Source: the human T2T-CHM13v2.0 reference genome, Homo sapiens. From it: a stretch of DNA of 64,000 nucleotides. The DNA lies in NCBI RefSeq assembly GCF_009914755.1, contig NC_060947.1, one strand, 5' to 3'. The notes beneath the pieces were generated by a model. That model was not told the DNA's origin, searched no databases, and saw nothing but the letters and a program-made list of their open reading frames with translations. Numbering within the stretch: position 1 is the stretch's first letter; each line of letters starts with the position of its first letter. Shown here piece by piece: positions 30,341 through 47,345 of this stretch. The position numbers and the translations under genes are program-made.

Positions 30341-33300
30341 TGTGAAGCTCCCTTTTATTTTGTATTTACCCATACAAGGGCCGTATTAGGTATCCAGAAA
30401 TATATTTGGCAATATAATCCAATTAATTTTGCATGTGATAATAGTCACAAATTAGTCACTTGAGTTTCACATGTTACTCTTGTGACTAGGAAGCAATTTT
30501 GTCACTATTTTTTTAGGATTTAGAAATTGTTTTATCGCTGAAATTTTTTGGTGTTATCCCTTGCATAAGGATTCTTTTCAAAGTATTATTGTAAGATTAG
30601 TTAGCTGCTCCAGCAGTTAAAAGGAAAAGAAGAAAACACAATAGAAAAGGAAAATTAAAACTCATCTTTCATAGATGAAAAAGCTAAGATTTCTGAACAG
30701 TATCTTAATTCTAGTCTTAGGTCAAATAATAAAATAAAGTACTACACTAAATTATAATACCGATCATTTTATTGACTACAATGTTGAACAGATCTCAATA
30801 TGAACTTCCAGTGCCTCTTGTATAAGATCATTCATTTTCATTTATTTACTGGGCTCTGTGACCTTCATAAAGTATTAAATGTTACTAAATGCAATCAGTG
30901 AAATGACTTGTGGTTCTTTCCATGCAGTTATAAAAACAGGAACCAGAATTATCAGTGATTAGTTCCATGTCTATCTGTATCATTTTATTCATTATGTACT
31001 TTTTTCTTCTGTCATTATTATCAACTATTTCTTTTTACTACATGAAAATACTAAACTCAAGCTTATTACATTTAAACTGTAATTTTTTTCTGAGATTGTT
31101 TTCATTAGTAATTATAATTGATCTTTACAAATTAATTTTTCTGAAAATAATAGGGGTAGAAATTTGAAAATCACTAAGAAAAAATGATAGTAGTTGAGAA
31201 GTAGTATTTCAATGACTGTGTAACTTTGGAAACAAAATACAACCTTATCAGTTAGGAGCTATATTCGCAATGGCACAACTCATGAGGTGTGATGAACTGT
31301 TAATTAGATTCAAGTTGCATAAATATCCACACAACTGAGTGCAAAACTCCATGATGATATGTAGCATTGGTTTTATAATTGTGAGACGACTGGAGACAGG
31401 AATGGTCTGAGATAAGTAAGCTAATATGCCTTGAGATTGCCTCTGTATCGATTTTCACTCATCTCTAACAGCCGTTTTTCTAGTTTACATCTAAACAGGA
31501 ATGTTTGTAATCTACATGTTTAAGCTAAAGACTTGCCTTAAAAATCTTCCCGTCTGTACTGACAGTACACACAGATCTAACAGAACTGTCAATTTAATGT
31601 TAATGCTTTGTTTGACAGGTGGCTAGAATCCTTAAATTTTACTTCATGCTGAATAAGTGAAAGAGAGTAATGCATGAAAATCAGGCATGTGTCTTCTATT
31701 ATTAAGTTATAAAAATGAAACACTCTATTTCCCAAAAAGTAAAAATATTTACAAAATAGTACATATTTTTTAGAGATTTTTTGCCATCACAATAAAATCT
31801 GTTATGACCATTTGCCTCTCTCTGTTCTGCTGTTCTATTTAATTTCAAAGTTACATATGACATATTTTCTTCAATTTCATATTACTCCTGCCTATAATAT
31901 CATCAATTTCATGTACTTGCTTACCTTCTTTAGTCTACGTTCAGCTTTGGATCAGCTAAACAAGATTCCAGTAAATGTCTTTCTGTGCTAACACAACACT
32001 ACAGACTGTGGATACAAACAGGACTAAAAAAAATTTGCTGCCCTTCAGAGATTCACATTCTTTAAGGAACACCAGGCAAGCAACAATTAAGGAACACCAG
32101 GCAAGCAACAAATAAATAAAGTGCACTGTGATTCATATGATAATTTACTAATTTTCAAGGTACAGAAATGAGAGAAAGGTAATTAATTGTGATGGGAAAG
32201 GGGAGGCACAGGAAGGTTTTACATAGGATTTGGAACCTTATTTGAATTTTGAAGACAGAATGGGTGTTTTCTTAGCAGAGGAAAGATGAAGGGAATTTCA
32301 ATCCTAGAGATTTCCAAGTGAAAAGGCAATGAAGGTAAGAATAACAGGAGTGCTTAAGGCAAAACAATGACCTTGCATTCTCTTAAATGGAAAATGTGAA
32401 TACAAGAGCAGCAGGAGAAAATACTGAAGAATTCATCAGACTTTGAAAGCTTTTTCCTGACATCCTTAGGCACTTGAAATATTTAAGAATGGTGTTATTA
32501 TTTTCCCTACGAATTGCTTCTTTATCATTGTCTTGCTCTTGAGTTTAGGTATTTTATATACATACATATACATAAAAGGAATCTATTTCCTTTTATTAAC
32601 CTTCTACAGGTTATTAATTAAAAAACTACAGTTAAACACAGTTTCTGCCTTTCGTCAAAGTATTGGTAATGTCATATTCATTCACCAAATTTCAAATTTT
32701 TTAAACACAAAATTTCTTTTTATTTATTAATAATACTAAAAAATTAACTGCAGGAAATAAGAATAAAAGTGGCTCTAAATAAAACTTTCTACTACCTTCT
32801 TCTCCACTGTGACTGTCATCCTAAGGAACAAACAGAAGAAAGCCTTTTCCAATTCTAAGACTAGGCACTGAATCCTTGATGTGATAGTTTAATCAACATA
32901 CCACTATATTATATTTCCATTCCTCCCTTTTATATTACATGTAAAGTATCTCACTAAAAAAGTAAAGTCCTGAAAGGACACAGAAAATTTCTGGATGTTT
33001 TCAATGTGTGTTGTTGATTCCTAATTATGGTGATTAGAAATATTGCCAAACTTTTTAGGTATTGACCTCCAATTTTCCACTCTCAATTCTCCACATTAAA
33101 AGAGCCTATTGTAGATAATTAGGTAATTGGCAATTAGGCACACAGTTATTGTACTCAGGTGATTATCTAAAAGAGAATTAGGCATGCAATGGATATATTT
33201 TGGCACAAATATTGAGTTTGTGTAAGCAAATGTCTTTACAGAATGCATGGATTGTTGTTAATCACAAATCTTAAGATCAAATTGAGTTTGTATCTGCTGG

Positions 33301-33361
33301 TGAATTAATAGATTTAGTCATGGGCCAATGTGTGCTAATATCATAGAAAGAAAGGCAACTA

Positions 33362-33859
<498 letters not shown>

Positions 33860-34079
33860 CTAACAAGACACCAGTGCCTTTATATGACAATAAAATCTAT
33901 GGGGTAATTTTTTTCCCTCCCCTCCCCTGCCTACCCCAAATCAAAATTTTTAAATCTGATCAAGCCTCTGGGTCCAACTATCCATTTACAGGAACTAAAG
34001 GACAGAGGAACATAATAAACACCACCACAGAGATGTAATCAGACCATGGGAATCTATACCACAAACATAATATATATTC

Positions 34080-34296
34080 TTTTTTTTTTTTTTTTTTTGA
34101 GATGGGGTCTTGCTCTGTCAACCAGGCTGTAATGCAATGGCAGAATCTTGGCTCCCTGCAAACTTGAACTCCTGTACTCAAGCAATCTTCCCACTCCAGC
34201 TTCCCGAGTAGCTGGGACTACAGGTGTGCACCACCACACCCAGCTAATTTTTTAATTTTTTGTAGAAACAGTGTCTCACTATGTTGCCCAGGCTGG
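34080..34296 (-). mobile_element. Partial AluJ
   Basis: Poly-T then GAGATGGGGTCTTGCTCTGTC...GTTGCCCAGGCTGGT, truncated. Confidence 0.88.
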
Positions 34297-34497
34297 TGAT
34301 CTATATTTTTTACAAAGTGTCATGAAAAAATATTAATGGAGAACCTGTGGATTAAAAGAGGCTTAAGAGACATATGCATTGCAACTACATTATTTTGATA
34401 TTTTGACCATTACTCAAAATACATTCACTGAAGTGTGTGTGTGTGCATGCGTGTGTGTGTGTGTGTCTGTGTGTGGTGAGGAAGAGAGAGAGAAATT

Positions 34498-34794
34498 GGC
34501 TGGGCGTGGTGGCTCACGCCTGTAATCCCAGCACTTTGGGAGGCTGAGGCAGGCAGATCATGAGGTCAGGAGATTGAGACCATCCTGGCTAACACGGTGA
34601 AACCCCGTCTCTACTAAAAATACAAAAAAATTAGCCAAGCATGGTGGCGGGTGCCTGTAGTCCCAGCTACCTGGGAGGCTGAGGCAGGAGAATGGCGTGA
34701 ACTGAGGAGGCAGAGCTTGCAGTAAGCCAAGATCGCGCCACTGCACTCCAGCCAGGGTGACAGAGTGAGACTCCATCTCAAAAAAAAAAAAAAA
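34498..34794 (+). mobile_element. AluY
   Basis: Full dimer and A-tail; TSD AGAGAGAAATT; upstream (TG)n at 34434-34474. Confidence 0.95.
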
Positions 34795-34919
34795 AGAGAG
34801 AAATTTTGGGGACAGTGGAAATTTGAACACTGACTAGATAATTAATGAAAAGGAAATATTGTTAGTTTTTAGGTGTGATAATAGCATTGTGTTATGATTT
34901 TTTAAAGATTCCTTCCTTT

Positions 34920-36120
34920 TTTTAACTTTTTGTCTTGAAATAATTACAGATGCATAGGAAGTTGCTAAAACAGTAAAGTTTCCATGTATCCTTAAGTTTC
35001 ACTGAATGTTAGCATTATAAATAACTGTAGTAAATTATTAAATCCAGGAAATTGAAATTGGTACAATCACCAGCCTTATTCAGATGTCATCAGTTTTATA
35101 TGCATTTGTGTGTATGGGTGTGTATTTAGTTCATGTAATTTTAGCATATGTGTAGATTTGTATGACCACAACCACAATCCAGATGAAGAAGTGTTTCAAC
35201 ACCTCAAGGATCCCTGCTACTGCTCTTTTATTGTATTTGTAGTTATTTAATTATTTATTTAGAGTCAGGATCTCACTCTGTCTCTCAGGCTGGAGTGCAG
35301 TGGTGCTATTACGGCTCACTGCAGCCTCAACCTCTGGGCCCAAGAAATCCTTCCATCTCAATCTCCAAAAGTGCTGGGATTATAGGTGTGAGATACCATA
35401 CTCAGCCCACCCTTTTATAATAACAGCCACCTCCCTTCTTCCCCTCTTTTTAATATTAGGCAATGAAAAACCTACCTTTATGATTTTGTAATTTAAAGTA
35501 TCTATATATATATTAATTAATACCTTATGTAAGCCTTTTGGATTAAGGTATTCCCTCAGCATAATTCCCTAAAGATTCATTCAAGTTGTATATACAAACA
35601 GTTCATTTCTTTGTATTGCTGGGTAGTATTTCATGGTATGGATGCACCACAATTTATTTAATTATTTACCCATTGAATGAAATATGGGTTCTTTTGCATC
35701 TTTTGATTTTTATGAATAAAGATGCTTTAAATATTCCCATGTAGGTTTTTGTGTAAATATAAATTTTAATTTATTTGTGAAAAATTGCCAAGAGTGTAGT
35801 TGTTGGGTCATATGAAAGTTCCACATTTAGCTTTAAAGGTTACTGCAAAAATGTTTTCAAACAAAATGTAACATTATACATTCCTACCAGCAATGTATAA
35901 ATGATCCAGTTTCTCTGCACCCTCACACACATTTGAGATGGTCATTGTATTTTATTTTCGGCATCCTAATAGGCGCATAGTGATAGCTCAATGTGGTTTT
36001 AATTTCCATTTCCCCGATGGCTAATGGTTTTGAACATCTTTACACATAATTAATGTGACATATGTATATTCTCTTGGGTGAAATGTATTTATGTCTTTTG
36101 CTCATTTGCTAATTGTTTTG
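34920..36120 (-). mobile_element. Old L1MC/ME fragment containing an Alu monomer (~35255-35410)
   Basis: Reverse L1 3' text (GTAGTATTTCATGGTATGGATGCACCACAATTT; TACATTCCTACCAGCAATGTATAA); resumes after 42385. Confidence 0.7.
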
Positions 36121-36134
36121 TTTTTATTATTAAC

Positions 36135-39120
36135 TTTTTTTATTGTTATACTTTAAGTTCTGGGATACATGTACAGAATGTGCAGGTTTGTTACATAGAT
36201 ATACACGTGCCATGGTGGTTTGCTGCACCCATCAACTCATCATCTACATTAGATATTTCTCCTAATGCTATCCCTCCCCTAGTCCCCCACCCCTAGACAG
36301 GCCCTGGTGTGTGATGTTCCCCTCCCTGTGTCCATGTGTTCTCAGTGCTTAACTCCCAATTATGAGTGAGAACATTCAGTGTTTGGTTTTCTGTTCCTAT
36401 GTTAGTTTGCTGAGACTGATGGTTTCCAGCTCCATCCACATCCCTGCAAAGGACATAAACTCATCCTTTGTTATGGCTGCATAGTATTCCATGTTGTATA
36501 TGTGCCACATTTTCTTTATCCAGTATATCATTGATGGGCATTTGGGTTGGTTCTAAGTCTTTGCTATTGTGAACAGTGCTGCAATAAACATGTGTGTGCA
36601 TGTGTCTTTATAGTAGAATGATTTATGATCCTTTGGGTATATACGCAGTAATGGGATGGCTGGGTCAAATGGTATTTCTGGTTCTAGATCCTTGAGGAAT
36701 CGCCACGCTGTCTTCCACAATGGTTGAACTAATTTAGACTCCCACCAACAGTATAAAAGAGTTCCTATTTGTCCACATCCTCTCCAGCATCTGTTGTTTC
36801 CTGACTTTATAATGATTACCATTCTAACTGGTGTGAGATGGTTTTGGTTTGCATTTCTCTAATGACCAGTAATGATGAGCTTTTTTTCATATGTTTGTTG
36901 GCTGCATAAATGTCTTCTTTTGAGAAGTATCTGTTCATATCCTTGGCCCACTTTTTGATGGGGTTGTTTGTTTTTCTCTTGTAAATTTGTTTAAGTTCTT
37001 TGTAGATTCTAGATATTAGCCCTTTGTCAGATGAATAGATTGCAAACCTTTTCTCCCATTCTGTAGGTTGCCTGTTCATTCTGATGATAGTTTCTTTTGC
37101 TGTACAGAAGCTCTTTAGTTTAATTAGATCCCATTTGTCAATTTTGGCTTTTGTTGCCGTTGCTTTTGGTGTTTTAGTGGTAAAGTCTATGCCCATGCCT
37201 ATGTCCTGTATGGTATAGCATAGGTTTTCTTCTAGGGTTTTTATGGTTTTTGGTCTGACATTTAAGTCTTTATTCCACCTGGAGTTAATTTTTGTATAAG
37301 GTGTAAGCAAGGAGTCCAGTTTCAGTTTTCTGCATATGGCTAGCCAGTTTTCCCAACACTATTAAATAGGGAATCCTTTCTCCATTGCTTGTTTTTGTCT
37401 GGTTTGTCAAAGATCAGATTGTTGTATATGTGTGGGGTTATTTCTGAGGCCTCTGTTCTATTCCATTGGTCTATATATCTGTTTTGGTACCAGTAGCATG
37501 CTGTTTTGGTTACTATAGCTTTGTAGTATAGTTTGAAGTCAGGTAGCATGATGCCTCCAACTTTGTTCATTTTGCTTAGGATTGTCTTGGCTATACAGGC
37601 TCTTTTCTGGTTCCATATGAAATTTAAAGTAGTTTTTTTCTAATTCTGTGAAGAAAGTCAATGGTAGCTTGATGAGGATAGCATTGAATCTATAAATTAC
37701 CTTGGGCACTATGGGCATTTTCACAATATTTATTCTCCCTATCCATGAGCATGGAATGTTTTTCCATTTGTTTGTGTCCTCTCTCATTTCATTGAGCAGT
37801 GGTTTTTAGTTCTCCTTCAAGAGGTCCTTCACATCCCTTGTAAGTTGTATTCCTAGGTATTTTATTCTCTTTGTAGCAATTGTGAGTGGAAGTTCATTCA
37901 CGATTTGGCTCTCTGTCTATGATTGGTGTATAGGAATGTTTGTGATTTTTGCACATTGATTTTGTATCCTGAGACTTTGCTGAAGTTGCTTATCAGCTTA
38001 AGGAGAATTTGGGCTGAGACAATGGGGTTTTCTAAATACACAATCATGTCATCTGCAAACAGAGACAATTTGACTTCCTCTCTTCCCATGTGAATACCCT
38101 TTATTTCTTTCTCTTGCCTGATTGCTCTGGCCAGAACTTCCAATACTCTGTTGAATAGGAGTGGTGAGAGAGGGCATCCTTGTCTTGTGCCAGTTTTCAA
38201 AGGGAATGCTTTTAGCTTTTGCCCATTCAGTATGATATTGGCTTTGGTTTCGTCATAAATAGCTCTTATTATTTTGAGATACGTTCCATCAATACCTAGT
38301 TTATTGAGAGTTTTTAGCATGAATGAGTGTTGAATTTTATCAAAGGCCTTTTCTGCATCTATTGAGATAATCGTGTGGTTTTTGTCATTGCTTCTGTTTA
38401 TGTGATGGATTATGTTTGTTGATTGGCATATGTTGAAACAGCCTTGCATCCCAGGGATGAAGCCAACTTGGTTGTGGTGGATAAGCTTTTTGATGTGCTG
38501 CTGGATTCAGTTTGCTAGTATTTTATTGAGGATTTTCACATGGATATTCATTAGGGATATTGGCCTGAAATTTTTGTGTGTGTGTCTCTGCCAGGTTTTG
38601 GTATCAGGATGATGCTGGCCTCATAAAATGAGTTAGGGAGGATTCCCTCTTTTTCTATTGTTTTGAATAGTTTCAGAAGCAATGGTGCCAGCTCCCTTTT
38701 GTAGCTTTGGTAGAATTCGGCTGTGAATCCATCCAGTCCTGGGCTTTTCTTGGCTGGTAGGCTATTAATTACTACCTCATTTTCAGAACTTGTTATTGGT
38801 CTATTGAGGGATTCAACTTCTTCCTGGCTTAGTCTTGGGAGGGTGTGTGTGTCCAGGAATTTATCCATTTCTTTGAGATTTTCTAATTTATTTGCAAGGA
38901 GGTTTTTATAGTATTCTCTGATGGTAGTTTGTATTCATGTGGGATCAGTGGTGATATCCCCTTTATCATATTTCAATTATCATTTTTGTCTATTTGATTC
39001 TTCTCTCTTTTCTTATTAGTCTGGTTAGCAGTCTGTCTATTTTGTTAATCTTTTCAAAAAACCAGCTCCTGGATTCATTGATTTTTTCGAAGGGTTTTTC
39101 ATACCTCTATCTCCTTCAGC
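36135..39120 (-). mobile_element. L1PA7/8-like element, non-inverted 3' portion (ORF2 RT/C-terminal and 3'UTR)
   Basis: Minus ORFs 37898..38449 ([23 protein letters not shown]), 36816..37310, 38551..38868; poly-T end TTTTTTTATTGTTATACTTTAAGTTCTGGG. Confidence 0.95.
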
Positions 39121-42380
<3,260 letters not shown>

Positions 42381-42558
42381 CTATTATTAAGTTTTGAGAG
42401 TTCTCCATGTATTTTAGATACAAGTTCTTTGTCAGATATATGTTGTACAAATATTTTCTTCCAGTCTATCAGCTTTTTTAATTCTGTTGTTCAATTGTCA
42501 GGATCTTTTTCAGAAGTTCAATTTATTTCATTTTTCTTTGTGCTTTATTAATTTGTTT

Positions 42559-43055
42559 TAATAGAATTCAGAACACACTACCCCAAAATATGGCACCTTT
42601 GGCATTTGAGAAAACAGCAGAAGCAAGAAGACCACTCTTACCTTCTCTTAACCCTTTTCCTCTGAATTAGGTCATAAAACCTAGGAAAGTAACTCTGACC
42701 TTCTGCCACCCCTCTTCCCTGAAGCAGATCATAAGAACCTCATTAGAAAACTGTCCTCCCTATATGTGGAGGAAAGGAACATCTTTATCTCTAAAGATCC
42801 TGAAAAGAATAACAAAGAAGCCTTGTTAAATACCCCCACCCAAGTTTGTTACTAGTAGATCACATCCTTTTATACTCCAATCGTATTTTTCTAGAACTGT
42901 CCACTCTTCATGAAACCTAAGCAGAAAAATACAAAAATTTACCTGTTTCACTGAATCATCATTATGTTTTCTCTGATTAACCTGTCTTTTGCTATAGAGG
43001 CCTCAGCCATGAACCAATCAATAGGCAAAATAAAGATATCTTTCCTTCCCTATCA
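42559..43055 (+). mobile_element. MER31-type solo LTR
   Basis: CTACCCCAAAATATGGCACCTTTGGCATTTGAGAAAACAGCAGAAGCAAGAAG...TTTCCTTCCCTATCA. Confidence 0.75.
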
Positions 43056-45210
43056 GTGTTATGGCTAAGAACTCTGAGTAACCATGAGTTTCAAAGCTTT
43101 CTACTTGTGATTTTTTGAAAAAAATTATAGCTTTACATTTAGGTTTATGATTCATTTTGAGATAATCTTTGTACAGTATGTGAGGCTCAAGTCAATGATC
43201 ATTTATTTTCTTTGCATATGAATGTCTTTCAACATTATTGTTGAAAAGACCATCTTTGCTCCACTGAAAAACTTTTTGTGCCTTTCTCAGATATCAGTTG
43301 ACACAGTTGGTGAGTCTGTTATTAGATTCACTATTTTATTGCCTTTATCTAAGTGTCTATGACTCCACTGATATCACATTGTCTGGATTATTGTCACTAT
43401 GTATGTATCTTAACAATAGGTAGAGTGATTGCTTCCACTTTCCTCTACATTTAAAAATAATTATTCCATTTATTTTGTTGCTTGATTTTTTCACTTAAAT
43501 TTTAAAATCAGCTTGTCTATAATTGTCTATTTATATACAAAACATCTTGCCTGACTTTTATTCACAATTTTGTTAAATCTATTGATTTATTTGTGGAGAA
43601 TTAACACCTTTACTATGTTAAGTCATCCAATCTATGAACGTGGTATGTCTTTCCATTTGTTTAGCATTTCCTTTATTTATTGTATTAGCATTTTTCAATG
43701 TTCATTATGCAGATACTGTAGACATTTTATTAGATTTATACCTAAGGATTTAATTTCAGGGGAATAATTACAACTGTCACATTTTTCACTCCACTTTCCA
43801 TGTTTTCAATTGATAGTATTTAAAAATATGACTGATTTTGTCTTGTGTCCTGCAATATTTTTGGACACACTTATTAATGTTAGTAGGGCACATGTTTAAA
43901 GAACTCTTTAGAATATTCTAAATAAATAGCCATATAATCTTTAAATAGGAATACTTTTATTTCTTCCTATATAATCTTCATGATTTTTCTTTTCTTTTCT
44001 TGCCTTATTGTGCAGGCTAAACCTTCAGTACTATGTTTCATATGAGTGGCAATAGCAGACATCCTTGCTTGTTTTTAGTGTAAGAAAAGATAGTATTTCA
44101 CCATTAAATATGCTGCTAACTGCAGGTTATTTTTAGCCTGTTGATATCATTAATTATACTGATTGATTACTGAATTTTAAACTGACCTTGCAATTCTCAA
44201 TCTCCACTTTATTGTGATGTATATTTTCTTTTTCTATAACGCTGGATCCTACATGCTCATCTTATGTTGAAGATTTTTTTTGTCAAAGTTTATGAGAGAT
44301 ATAGGTATGTAGTTTGTCTCTTTAAAAATATGTCTGATTTTTCTGTCAGGGCATACTGGCCTCATAAAATGAGTTAGAAATGTTTCCTTATTTTTTAATG
44401 TCCTGGAACAGATCAGGCAGAATTCATGTTAGTTCTTATTTAAATTTTAGTAGAATTTTCCAGTAAATTCTTCTAGGATTCAGAATATATGCATGTTAGA
44501 TCATTTGCTACTGTCATATAGATCCCCGAGGCTCTATTTTTCCCCCAGTCTAGTTCCTCTCTGTTGTTTAGATAAGGTAAATTATATTGATTGTGTCAAT
44601 TATATTGTCTGAAAATTCACTGATTTTTTTTGGGACAGAATATTTTTTTTTCTCAGCCTGTTGAGTAAGACTCTGTCTTACTTTGTTGCCCAAGCTGGAG
44701 TGCAGTGGTACAATCACCACTTACAGTAGCCTCGACTTCCCAGGTTCAAGTAATTCTATCTCAGCCTTCTAGGTAGCTGGGACTATAGGTGCATGCCACA
44801 ATGCCTGGCTAATTTTTTGCATTGTTTGTGGAGATAGGGTTTTGCCATCTTGCCCAGGCTGGTCTCAAACCCTGGGCTCAAATAATCCACCTGCCTTGGC
44901 CTCCCAAAGTATTGGGATTACAAGTGTGAGACAACATACCCCGTCCAAATTTACTGATTCTATCTTCTGTTATCTCCACTCTACTATTGAGCCAATCCAG
45001 TAAGTTGTTGCTTTTGATATTATTGCATTTTTTTCTTCTATATTTTCCACTTGATTGTTTTTATAATTATAACTTCATTTCTTTTTTGAATTGTTAAAAT
45101 ATTTTCATTTGCTTTAAGTGAATTTGATATTGCTTGTTGAAGCATGTTTTGATGGTTGCATTAAAATCCTTTTCAGATAATTTCACCATCTGAGTCATAA
45201 CAAGCTTGAT
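43056..45210 (-). mobile_element. Old L1M fragments with an AluJ (44643-44947, minus)
   Basis: Reverse L1 ORF2 text (CTGGCCTCATAAAATGAGTTAG; GCAGACATCCTTGCTTG); Alu dimer at 44643-44947. Confidence 0.75.
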
Positions 45211-45262
45211 ATGTGTTTTAGTCAGGGTTTTCCAGAGAGACACACCCCACTGAACATATATA

Positions 45263-45396
45263 CAGTTGTCCATCACTATCTGCAGGGCATTGGTTCTAAA
45301 ATCCAAAGATACCCACGTCCCTTATATTAAATAGCATAGAACAGTAAGCACTCTGTGTCTGTAGGTGTAGAACCTAAGGATATGTAGGTCCTATTG
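45263..45396. mobile_element. MER2B-like TcMar-Tigger MITE inside the MLT2 LTR
   Basis: CAGTTGTCCATCACTATCTGCAGGGCATTGGTTC...GTCCTATTG with TA on both sides. Confidence 0.7.
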
Positions 45397-46430
45397 TAAA
45401 GAGATGTACATGAGAAGGAATTTATTAGAGGAATTGGCTCACTTGTTTATGAAGGCTGAGAATTCCCACAATAAGCCATCTGCAAGCTGGAGAACCAAAG
45501 AATCTTTAGTGTGGTTCAGTTCAAGTCCAAAGACCTTAGAACCAAGGAAGCTGATGTTGCAGCTCTCCGAGGCTGATAGTTTGGGAGGTGGCTGGTACAA
45601 ATCCCAGAGTCCAAAAGCTGGAGAACCTGAAGTTCTGATGTCCAAGAGCATGAGAAGAAAAACACCCAAGCTCAGGAAGAAAGTTCCAATTTACCTCTTT
45701 GTTACTTCTGGGACTCAGCTGATTGGATGATGCCCACCCACATTGTGGGCAATTCTTCCCACTCAGTCCACCCAATCAATGTCCAATCTCCAGCAGAAAT
45801 ACTCTCATGAACCCAACTGGGACAGCACAACCACTCTAACTAAATGCCAAACCACCTGGATTCTCTTTCAACAGAAATGGGATGGGCTCAATGCCTACTG
45901 AAGCATTGAGAATAAGTGATGTTTTGTTAGCTAGTGAATATCCCTTAATCCAGCCAAGTTGACACCCAAAATAAATCATCACAAGTTCATCCCTTGTCAA
46001 CTTGGCACCATATGCCTCTCCTTTAAACCATACTTAATCTTGAAATAAAGGCAATAGCAAGGTGGTAGTTTCACCTAGCATGATGAAACTATATTGAATA
46101 CAACAAAAATGCATTAATATATTCCCCAGAAGAGGAGATAAAGTCCTTGAGTGATGATTATTCTTCTCCAGATATTCTGTAACTTAAATACCGTGACATA
46201 AAATTAGAAATATTTAAATATTGATAGAACTCAACATATATCTATCAAGGATATTTTCTTAATATATGTATATATACAAACATACGTATTCCTAACAAAA
46301 TAGGAAGAAAATACTCACAGCCCTTGTTTCTATAAGTGGTTATATGGTCATTGCTGATATTTATAACTACCTTCTAATATCCATTATGTATTCTGTTTGT
46401 TTTCAGCAAACACCTTAGCTAATCATGATT

Positions 46431-46513
46431 CTTTACCTTCTGGTGAACTGATCCAAACCTTTACTTATTTTCTTCCTTTTTTCCTCTCTCCTTCCCTCCC
46501 TCCCTCTTTCTTC

Positions 46514-46552
<39 letters not shown>

Positions 46553-46984
46553 TCCTTCTTCCTTCCTTTCTTTCTTCCCTTCCTTCCTTCCTTCCTTCCT
46601 TCCTTCCTTCCTTCCTTCCTTCCTTCCTTCTTTCCTTCTTTCCTTCATTTCTTCTTTCTTTCTCTTTACCTTCTGGGAAACTGACCCAAACCTTTACTTA
46701 CTTTCTATTTTTCTCTATTTTTTTCTCTTCTTCCTTCCTTCCTTCCTTCCTTCCTTCCTTCCTTCCTTCCTTCCTTCCTTCCCTCCTTCTTTCTCTTTAC
46801 CTTCTGGTGAACTGACTCGAAACTTTACTTACTTTCTTTCTATTTTTCTCTATTTTTTCTCTTTCTTCCTTTCCTTTCCTTTCTTTTCCTTTCCTTTCCT
46901 TTCCTTTCCTCTCTTTCTCTTTCTCTCTTTCTCTTCCTTCCCTTCCCTTCCCTTTCCTTTCCTCACTCTCTTTCTCTCTTTCTC

Positions 46985-47044
<60 letters not shown>

Positions 47045-47057
47045 TTTCTTTCTTTCT
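46431..47057. repeat. Compound STR: three copies of a ~40-65 bp unit interleaved with (CCCT)/(CTTT)/(CCTT) tracts; resembles the DYS526/DYS505 locus or its X homologue
   Basis: CTTTACCTTCTGG(TG/GA)AACTGA..AAAC.TTTACTTA at 46431, 46664 and 46795. Confidence 0.85.
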
Positions 47058-47345
47058 ACAGGGTCTCACTCTGTCACCCAAGCTAGAGTGCAGTGGTGAG
47101 ATCATAGCTCACTGCAGCATTAAACTCTGGGCTCAAGCAGTCCTACTGCCTCAGTCTCTTGAGTAGCTGGGACTACAGACACGCAGAACCATGCCTGGTT
47201 AATTTTTTTTTTTCATTTTTATTTTTGTAGAAACGGGGTATTGCTAGGTTACCCAGGCTAGTCTGAAATTCCTGACCTCAAACGATCTTTGTGCCTTGGC
47301 TTTCCAATGTGCTGGGATTACAGACATGAGCCACCAAGCTCAGCT
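47058..47345 (-). mobile_element. AluJ inserted in the ERV-L internal sequence
   Basis: Reverse AluJ; right flank CAAACCTTTATTTCT matches the CAAACCTTTACTT part of the triplicated unit (TSD). Confidence 0.9.

Noticed and set aside
37898-38449. Intact-looking RT segment suggesting an active L1
   Set aside because: ORF2 is broken into several frames, the 5' half is inverted and it contains an Alu insertion.
46431-46865. Direct repeats separated by spacers, superficially CRISPR-like
   Set aside because: The spacers are microsatellites, the unit is an Alu TSD plus ERV-L flank, and the DNA is primate with no cas genes.
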